Of a stretch of 64,000 nt of DNA, positions 54,387 through 61,625 are shown in pieces (position 1 is the stretch's first letter; each line of letters starts with the position of its first letter). The notes beneath the pieces are model-generated. The model was given only the letters and a program-made list of their open reading frames with translations, had not been told where the DNA came from and ran no database searches. Location: assembly GCA_903835075.1 (NCBI GenBank), contig CAILLM010000009.1, positions 25,274 to 89,273 on the forward strand, written 5' to 3'. The translations under genes were made by a program, and so were the position numbers. The DNA comes from Candidatus Staskawiczbacteria bacterium (GTDB lineage: Bacteria > Patescibacteriota > Minisyncoccia > Minisyncoccales > Staskawiczbacteraceae).

Positions 54387-57338
54387 TTATTTTGATAGTT
54401 TTTTAACTGCTTCTACAAACTGCCTGCCCCTGTCAAATTCATTTTTAAAGAGATTAAAACTTGCAGCTCCTGGCGAAAGAATAACGACATCTCCTTTTTT
54501 AGATAATTTTTTAGCTTCTTTTACAGCTTCTTGCATTGAAAAAACTTCGTGCATTCGTGTGTATCCTTGCATGTGTTTTTTTATTTCATCAGATGCTGTG
54601 CCTGGAAGCATTATTATTTCATCTACTTTTTCTCTAATTATTTTAGCCATTTCATTATATTTTAATCCTTTATTCTGCCCACCACAAATCAAAATTAATC
54701 GTGAATCTGGAAAATGCTCAAGAAAAACTTGAACTGTTATTATTGTGGCCTCTGGCGTGGTAGCGCTTGTGTCCTCAAAATATTTTACACCTTTTATTTC
54801 CCCTACTAGTTGTCGACTTGTTGAGATTTTTCCAAATTTTTTCACTAAAAATTTAAACTGATTTCCTTTTTCTTCAAAATTTTTCCAAAGAGTATAGCTT
54901 GGCGAAGCACAAGATAGCAGACATATTTTACCAGGCTTGGTATGTTCATAAGCAAAGATTATTGCATCTTCCATGCTTTCAGTTTGTAAAATATTTAATC
55001 CTTCTGTCGATTTAAATATTTTGGCACCGGTTTTAGGAAATAAAACAATATTTTTAATGCCAGATTTTTTAATTGTTTTTTCTAATTCAAAAAAATTATA
55101 TCCGCGATCCTCTCCTCCCAGAAAAATTGTATCAACGTTTTTTAAAGAATCAATGGCCAATATGGTTGATTCTGGCGTTGTTGAGATTGCATCATCATAA
55201 AACTTAATATTTTTAAATTCTCCTACAAGCTCAAGCCTGTGTGGCAATGGCTGGAACTTCTCAATTGCTATTTTTATTATTTTTTCTGAAATGTTAAGTT
55301 CTTTTGCAACAGAAATTGCAGCGCTTACGTTTTCTTTATTGTGTTCCCCAATTAGTGGTACGTGAATATTTTCAGAAAAATTTGTCTTTTCAAAAGAAAT
55401 ACATCTAGACTCTGTTTCGTTTGCCCATTCTCTTAAAATCTTACTATTGTTATTGTATATAAAAATATCATGATTGTTTTGAAAATTTATTATATTTTTC
55501 TTTGCCATATAATAGTTTTCAGCCCCATTGTGGTAATCCATGTGTTCTGGAAATAAAGTTGTAACTACCGCTATATTTGGCGAAAACTCTATGTCAGCTA
55601 ATTGATAGCTGGATAATTCCAATACAAAAATTTCTTTTTTATCAATGGGCTCTAGGAGGGCTTCAAGCATTGGATTTCCAATGTTGCCCAAAAGTCTAAC
55701 CTTTTTACCGGATTCCTTTAATATGGAATAAATTAATGAAGCAGTTGTTGACTTCCCCTTGCTTCCTGTTATTCCTATGATTGTATTCCCGCATTCTTTT
55801 ATTTTAGAAAAAAAGATATTAGTAGCAGTAGTATATGGGATTGTAATTAATTCCTTTTTTATTCCAGGAGTTTTTATCGCTAAGTCGTAATTTGTTTGTT
55901 TTTTTAAGTAGCTTTTTCCATTTTTTTCATCAGCAATATCTATTTTCAGATTAGGATATTCTTTTTCAATAAATTTTTGTGTTACCTTACCTTCTTTTCC
56001 ATAACCAATAATTAAAACGTTATCCATGCCAGAAAATCGGAATTGGCTTGGAACGTTTGGAGCTAGTTGTGTTTTAAACAAGTTTGTTACATCGTCTTTT
56101 TTTACGTTAACCTTGGGCCAAAGTGATTTAACTATAAAATCACTTTTAAATTTATCTCTTCCCAATATAAATGCTGTTTTTGATTCTTCAAAAGTCCCCA
56201 CGCAGTCAAATGGCTTCATTTCTCCTAGGCCAAAAATGTTTTTGAATAATGGCAAAAGACGTTCGTCTTCATACAGATTTTTTTTGAAAATATTTAATAA
56301 ATCTTTTTTTGTTAAAAAACCTGAAAGTAGCGTAAAGGAAAAAACACACTTTGGACAAGACCCGCACCAAAGACCATTTTTCTCTTCTTTTATTAATTTA
56401 AAGTTTTTATTACAACTTGAAAAATAAGGAAAATATTGGTTATATTGTGAAAATAATTTAGCAATGCGTAGTTCATAAAAAGGACGCACCAAAGAAAAGT
56501 ATTTTATATCTTTTGATATGCAATTATAAATATAATCGGAAAAAATATTTTCAAATTCAGAAGATTTTGACCACTGGTGATTTACAATTTTCCCTTTGTA
56601 TTCTGTATTTCCAAAATTACTGCTATATTCGTTTGCTACTACAAAATATGAATGTTTATTAAGAACAGAATAAAAAATTCCTAAAAATGCATATATCATA
56701 GAAATAGGTATATGGCCTTCATATTTGTGATTATCAAAGACCTGTTTATCTAGCACTCTTTTTATTTTCACAAAATCAATGTGCATTTTTTTAGCTAAAT
56801 CATCAACTAAAACAGATCCCCTGTTTGTTTCGGTAAACATTGCAGAAATTTTAAAGCCCTGTTTTTTTAATAATTCAGCGGCAACGATCGAGTCTTTTCC
56901 ACCAGAAAGAGCAACTAGGCAATTATTGTTTTGGGCTAAGGGGTATGTTTTGTCTTCTTTATTTTTGTTACAAGGGAATTTGGGTGATTTTTTAGGATCT
57001 AGTTTGTTTCTGAAATAAAATTCGCCCAGGCCTGCTTGATAAATTGTATTCCAAAAATTAGCTTCTTTTTTAGAGAGAATGTAATTAATTTTTACTTTTG
57101 GTGCACAATAAAATTTATAGTAACTTATTCCAATAGCTAAATGCAGACTTTCTAATAATTTTTTGATTAATTCTTCCGAGATATCTTTTGTATCCCAAAT
57201 TTTGGGCAATGTTATTGTCTCTGTGAAAAGTAAAGGATCTTTATTACTAAATTCTTGCTTGTAATTAAAGAGGATCTTTTTATTTTCGGGTTCGAACTTG
57301 TATGAGGTGAATTCAAAAATAGTTATTTTACTATCCAT
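54387..57338 (-). CDS. murD: fusion protein: PP-loop ATP-pyrophosphatase-like domain + complete MurD-like ligase + a second MurD C-terminal domain
   Basis: 983 aa. SGGKDS at residues 145-150 (nt 56889-56906). The MurD part runs from about residue 438 (NVLIIGYGKEG, GITGSKGKSTT, HRLELVGEF...LLSCASPSYTLWKNFEEKGNQF). A second C-domain runs from about residue 840 (RQLVGEIKGVKYFEDTSATTPEA...ILSPGAASFNLFKNEFDRGRQF). Confidence 0.8.
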   Translation of the reverse strand: MDSKITIFEFTSYKFEPENKKILFNYKQEFSNKDPLLFTETITLPKIWDTKDISEELIKKLLESLHLAIGISYYKFYCAPKVKINYILSKKEANFWNTIYQAGLGEFYFRNKLDPKKSPKFPCNKNKEDKTYPLAQNNNCLVALSGGKDSIVAAELLKKQGFKISAMFTETNRGSVLVDDLAKKMHIDFVKIKRVLDKQVFDNHKYEGHIPISMIYAFLGIFYSVLNKHSYFVVANEYSSNFGNTEYKGKIVNHQWSKSSEFENIFSDYIYNCISKDIKYFSLVRPFYELRIAKLFSQYNQYFPYFSSCNKNFKLIKEEKNGLWCGSCPKCVFSFTLLSGFLTKKDLLNIFKKNLYEDERLLPLFKNIFGLGEMKPFDCVGTFEESKTAFILGRDKFKSDFIVKSLWPKVNVKKDDVTNLFKTQLAPNVPSQFRFSGMDNVLIIGYGKEGKVTQKFIEKEYPNLKIDIADEKNGKSYLKKQTNYDLAIKTPGIKKELITIPYTTATNIFFSKIKECGNTIIGITGSKGKSTTASLIYSILKESGKKVRLLGNIGNPMLEALLEPIDKKEIFVLELSSYQLADIEFSPNIAVVTTLFPEHMDYHNGAENYYMAKKNIINFQNNHDIFIYNNNSKILREWANETESRCISFEKTNFSENIHVPLIGEHNKENVSAAISVAKELNISEKIIKIAIEKFQPLPHRLELVGEFKNIKFYDDAISTTPESTILAIDSLKNVDTIFLGGEDRGYNFFELEKTIKKSGIKNIVLFPKTGAKIFKSTEGLNILQTESMEDAIIFAYEHTKPGKICLLSCASPSYTLWKNFEEKGNQFKFLVKKFGKISTSRQLVGEIKGVKYFEDTSATTPEATIITVQVFLEHFPDSRLILICGGQNKGLKYNEMAKIIREKVDEIIMLPGTASDEIKKHMQGYTRMHEVFSMQEAVKEAKKLSKKGDVVILSPGAASFNLFKNEFDRGRQFVEAVKKLSK

Positions 57339-57384
57339 AGTTGTATTTTATGATTATATCAAAAATAGGCATAAAGTAAAATAA

Positions 57385-57412
57385 AACCACCCCCAATTAG
57401 AGGGTGGTTTTA
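57385..57412 (-). terminator. terminator after the Cys-rich surface protein gene
   Basis: ACCACCC/GGGTGGT stem followed on the minus strand by ttttatttt. Confidence 0.65.
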
Positions 57413-57430
57413 TTTTTGTGTTGCTTTTTA

Positions 57431-59692
57431 TTATGTTTCTGAAGAAAGACGTCTAAAAACTATGAAAAATAGAGATATTAAAACTAGCGCTACTAGAATC
57501 CATAGGTACCAGCGTTTTAAAAATTCCCAAAATCCAGAAGTTTGAGTAGCAGATGATACTGATGCGGTTGCTTGGTTGGGGTTAAGATTTATTGAAACAG
57601 AGTCGGACTGAAGGTTGCCAGAGGAATTGCTTGTTGCCATGGCCTGTTTTACAGATGTTGAAGTAAAGTTTTGTGTTTTTCCTTCAAATGTAACTGGTTT
57701 TGTATTATAAGGTGCAATAGAGCCCACATTTATTCCTGAAACAATATCCCCAGAAACAGGAATGCCTGCAATTTGTAAGTTCCCTAAAGATGTAATTTCG
57801 CTTGGAATATTAGCTGAAATCATTACATTATCAGCTTGTGTTGCTGAATTATTTGTTACAGTAACCATGAAATAGATTTGACCGTTAGGACCAACTTGGG
57901 CTGTTTTCTGCCACTGTGCTGAAGCAGGGTCTTGTTTGGTGAAAAAGGAAACTGCTAACCCATTAGGGTTTGTGTTTGTATTTATTTTACAATCTGCAGG
58001 ACAGCTAGAGTTGGTCTCTCCCAAAGTAGATTCGCACAACCCATTACCGCAACGAGCTTGTGTGCTTGTCGCACAATAAGAATTGTAATCAGCTGATCCT
58101 GTTGCGCAAGTAGATCCGTCACATTTTAATATGTTTGAGCACTTGCTACCCGAGCATGAATCAATGGTACAGCTATTGCTATCGGAACAATTTCTATATG
58201 TGCCCGTGTCTGCTCCTGTTGAGCTAAACCAATGCACAGAATTACCTGAGCAAGCTGTTCTGTAATAGGTTATGTAAGTGTTATTAATTGGTTGGACTGG
58301 TGGCAAAACAGGGTTTATTATGTAGTTTGCACACTGACCATATTGGCAAGTTTGCCCTCCGCCACAACTGGTGTATAAATCTTGTTGATTTCCGCACGAG
58401 TCATACCAGTAGGAGTAATTCCCAGTGCAAAGTTTGTATGCATGGTAAGTGCAGTTTCCATAGTAATTGTTGTAGTTATTATTTTGACAAGTATTGTTGT
58501 AGCATCCACTAGAGCAATATTGGGCTAAATCTTGCACAGTTCCACATGAGTCGTACCAGTAAAGATTATTCCCATTACATCTTTGATACGAATGGTAGGT
58601 ACAAGTATTATTATAGTTTAAACAAGAGTTGCCAGAACATCCGTTAACACAATATTGAATTAAGGCGCCTTGTGTTCCACATGAGTCGTACCAATAAAGG
58701 TTATTCCCTATGCATTGTTGTTGGTAATTTGCTGTACAATTTGTACCACAAGTCCCTATGTAGCTTCCCTGTGTTCCGCATGAATCATACCAATACATGC
58801 TATTACCCACACATCTTTGTTGGTAGTTTGCTGTACAGGTACTAGAACAGCTACCGCTAGAGCAAATTTGATTGCCCAAGCAAGTTGTTTGCAACTGAGG
58901 TATCATGGCACTTGAGCATGAGCTCAAAGAAGTTCCTGGATTGTTACAAGTGTATGTTTTATAGTTTTTATAAACACCATTTCCTTGGCAAAATGAGCTA
59001 CCAGTAATTCCATCAGCTCCACATTGTGAATTAGAGCTGCATGCAACAGCTACAGATGAACAGCTTCCATTAGAGCAAGTTTGATTTCCTGAGCAGGCAT
59101 TTTGTAATTGGGGTGTTACAACGCTAGTACATGAACTCAAAGATGTTCCTGGGTTGTTACAGGTGTATGTTTTATAGTTTTTGTAAACAGCGTTTCCTTG
59201 GCAAAATGAGCTACCAGTTATTCCATCGGTTCCACACTGCGCGTTGGCTGAGCATGCAACAGCCGTAGGAGGTGTTACTGTTGATCCACATGTTACTGTG
59301 CCAAGATAAGAGCCCGTGTTACAGGCATTTTCAATAGTCCAATATCCGGAGTTCCATACATAATTATGGTCATTTCCACAAGAAGTGTATTGATAGGATG
59401 TTTTTTGAATAAAAGCAGTATATGGTTTATCAAGCCCAAGTTGAGTATAATATTTTTCAGTTAATGCACAAAGCTTTGCAGCTACATCGGTTGTATTTCC
59501 AAAATGGTTATATGCTCCCAAGTTAAGGCCCTCTCCTGACGCTATTGTCCTGAATGAACTAGATGCACTAAGGTTAGTTCCAGAAAGAGTAATTTGTGAA
59601 GTAGCAAAAGCCGGGGAAGCCACCGCGTATGCTAAAACGACCATTAATGGTAAAAAGACTCCTGCAACAATTATTTTGTTGATTATTGTCAT
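57431..59692 (-). CDS. secreted Cys-rich modular surface protein with a C-terminal TM anchor
   Basis: 753 aa. Signal peptide, two 71-aa tandem modules, about five CxGNxxYWYDSCG modules, and a C-terminal hydrophobic helix plus RRLSSET tail. Confidence 0.6.
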   Translation of the reverse strand: MTIINKIIVAGVFLPLMVVLAYAVASPAFATSQITLSGTNLSASSSFRTIASGEGLNLGAYNHFGNTTDVAAKLCALTEKYYTQLGLDKPYTAFIQKTSYQYTSCGNDHNYVWNSGYWTIENACNTGSYLGTVTCGSTVTPPTAVACSANAQCGTDGITGSSFCQGNAVYKNYKTYTCNNPGTSLSSCTSVVTPQLQNACSGNQTCSNGSCSSVAVACSSNSQCGADGITGSSFCQGNGVYKNYKTYTCNNPGTSLSSCSSAMIPQLQTTCLGNQICSSGSCSSTCTANYQQRCVGNSMYWYDSCGTQGSYIGTCGTNCTANYQQQCIGNNLYWYDSCGTQGALIQYCVNGCSGNSCLNYNNTCTYHSYQRCNGNNLYWYDSCGTVQDLAQYCSSGCYNNTCQNNNYNNYYGNCTYHAYKLCTGNYSYWYDSCGNQQDLYTSCGGGQTCQYGQCANYIINPVLPPVQPINNTYITYYRTACSGNSVHWFSSTGADTGTYRNCSDSNSCTIDSCSGSKCSNILKCDGSTCATGSADYNSYCATSTQARCGNGLCESTLGETNSSCPADCKINTNTNPNGLAVSFFTKQDPASAQWQKTAQVGPNGQIYFMVTVTNNSATQADNVMISANIPSEITSLGNLQIAGIPVSGDIVSGINVGSIAPYNTKPVTFEGKTQNFTSTSVKQAMATSNSSGNLQSDSVSINLNPNQATASVSSATQTSGFWEFLKRWYLWILVALVLISLFFIVFRRLSSET
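58841..59263 (-). repeat. 213-bp tandem duplication inside the Cys-rich protein gene
   Basis: AVACSANAQCGTDGITGSSFCQGNAVYKNYKTYTCNNPGTSLSSC... is repeated as AVACSSNSQCGADGITGSSFCQGNGVYKNYKTYTCNNPGTSLSSC... (residues 144-214 and 215-284). Confidence 0.85.
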
Positions 59693-59770
59693 ATTTTTAT
59701 GATTTTATGTTATTCTAAACGCTATAATATTTTATATTAAATGTCAATATTAAACATTGCATTAAAAACT

Positions 59771-60490
59771 TTATTGTAGAACTGCTTGAACTGTAATTCT
59801 CTGATAGTCTTTTCCTGGTGGCCAGCAACTAATTAGTGTTAAAACATTGCTATTTGCTGAAGATGCGTCTGCTGGTACGTCTGCGCCTCTTTTGATAATG
59901 GTTTTTTGTTTAACAATGTATGTGTATTGTTTGTTGTTTAAGTCTATTAAAATTTGATCGCCCGCTGATAATTTATCTAAGTTTGTGAAAACCCAATCAT
60001 GCTTTATTGTTGGCCATCCTGGAGGAGCTGAGTGTCCCAAAATTACAATTTGACCAACTTGCCCAGGATATACTGACCCTGGGTAATAAACTGTTCCCAA
60101 ATCTAGGTCTTTGGCTAGGGCAGTTTTATTAGTGCTTGTTGCAAATATGATTGGAACAGAAATGGATATTTTGGGTATTTCTATAGTATTTTGTTTGTCT
60201 GTATAATTTGTTTTTGTAGCTTGTACTATTGGAGCCGTTTTTGGGTCAGATATTATTACAGCGGGCGTTTGTTGGCCTGCCTGCGCAGGCAGGCTATGAT
60301 TTGGATAAAAATAAGTGTCTATTGTAGAGGCATCTATTGAAGGATATGGATTAAAAAAATCGCTTATTAGGCCCGAAACTTCTTTGTAATTAAAAACCCA
60401 TGAAACATCACTCCAGTTTATAATCAAAAAACTTGCTAAATAAATTAACACAGCCACTTTTAAAATTTTTTTAGCGGATTTTTTTTCCAT
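59771..60490 (-). CDS. sortase family transpeptidase
   Basis: N-terminal TM, catalytic-type ILGHSAPP, TLISCWP (TLxTC) and a downstream conserved Arg (QRITVQA). Confidence 0.8.
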   Translation of the reverse strand: MEKKSAKKILKVAVLIYLASFLIINWSDVSWVFNYKEVSGLISDFFNPYPSIDASTIDTYFYPNHSLPAQAGQQTPAVIISDPKTAPIVQATKTNYTDKQNTIEIPKISISVPIIFATSTNKTALAKDLDLGTVYYPGSVYPGQVGQIVILGHSAPPGWPTIKHDWVFTNLDKLSAGDQILIDLNNKQYTYIVKQKTIIKRGADVPADASSANSNVLTLISCWPPGKDYQRITVQAVLQ

Positions 60491-60497
60491 GGTTGGA

Positions 60498-61556
60498 TTA
60501 AATAACTATTTGGTGTGGTATTAGAGAGATTATTACTTCTTTGTTTAGCAATGTAGCTGCAGATAATAGCACCATAATTAAAACTGCTCTAACAACAAGT
60601 TGTTTTTTAAAATGTATATTGAAGTTAGAAAATATTAGTACAAGCAAAATTCCTATAACAATTGAAGATATTCCATATATAATGTCTTGCAACCAAGTGT
60701 TGTAATTATATAAAACAGAATTCATAATTTTTGAGTGCAGGTTGTTTGTAATTGTATTTGTAGGAGCAACTATAGATTCTTGTGATGATACTGATTGTGA
60801 TAAAACTTGTTCATCATTATTTTTGGTTGTTGATTCTGCTGGTGTTGTTTTTGTTGCAACAGTGCTTGGTTTGGCAGGTTGCACTGGCGCAACTTTTGCG
60901 ATGGGCTTTTGTTTTACTGATACAGCAACTGGTTTTGTGCTTGTTTTTTTAGCTATTATTTTTGCAGGTAACTGACTCCCAAACTCTTGCACTACAATAA
61001 TAGCATTGCCTTCAAAGCCACTTACTACAGCTGTTCCTACATCAGTATAATGAGGGTTTATAATGTTTGCTTTGTGAGAAGGTGAATTTAACCATGCGTT
61101 ATAAACTTCTAATGAATCATAAAATCCAACAGCTAAATTTTCTCCTGCATAATTAAATTTATATCCTGCTTGTGAAAACCAAAACCATGGCTTGATGCCT
61201 GTTGGGCTAACGTGGTCAAAATAATTATTTTGTACCATGTTTTGCGCTTTTAATTGAGCTGCCTGAGTTAGCTTGTCATTAGTAACCAATGGTTTTAGGC
61301 CTACAGATTCCCTAGTTTGATTAACAAAACTTTCTAAAGTTGATTTTGTTATGTCAGCAAAGAAAATATTTGAAGGTAAATCAATTGAAATTAAAATTGT
61401 AAAAATTTTAATAACTAAAATTGCAGTAACGCAATAAAGCAAAACATTGCTTTGCAAAATCTTTGATTTGTAATTGTTGTTTTCCGAGGGCAGAATCAAG
61501 CTTTTTGCCTTATCAAAAGTTTGATCAACTAGGTCCTCTTGATTGGAGTAGTCCAT
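60498..61556 (-). CDS. membrane-bound CAP/SCP (YkwD-like) domain protein
   Basis: AQNMVQNNYFDHVSP...YAGENLAVGF...AWLNSPSHKANIINPHYTDVGTAVV, flanked by TM helices. Confidence 0.7.
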   Translation of the reverse strand: MDYSNQEDLVDQTFDKAKSLILPSENNNYKSKILQSNVLLYCVTAILVIKIFTILISIDLPSNIFFADITKSTLESFVNQTRESVGLKPLVTNDKLTQAAQLKAQNMVQNNYFDHVSPTGIKPWFWFSQAGYKFNYAGENLAVGFYDSLEVYNAWLNSPSHKANIINPHYTDVGTAVVSGFEGNAIIVVQEFGSQLPAKIIAKKTSTKPVAVSVKQKPIAKVAPVQPAKPSTVATKTTPAESTTKNNDEQVLSQSVSSQESIVAPTNTITNNLHSKIMNSVLYNYNTWLQDIIYGISSIVIGILLVLIFSNFNIHFKKQLVVRAVLIMVLLSAATLLNKEVIISLIPHQIVI

Positions 61557-61625
61557 ATTTTTATATATTTAATTATATAATAATTAAACTACTTTGTCAA
61601 TAGCAAGAGGTTTTTTTACCTTATG

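Noticed and set aside
57431-57580. LPXTG-type sorting signal in the Cys-rich protein next to the sortase
   Set aside because: The C-terminus has a hydrophobic helix and a basic tail, but no LPXTG/LAXTG/NPXTG-like pentapeptide upstream of it.
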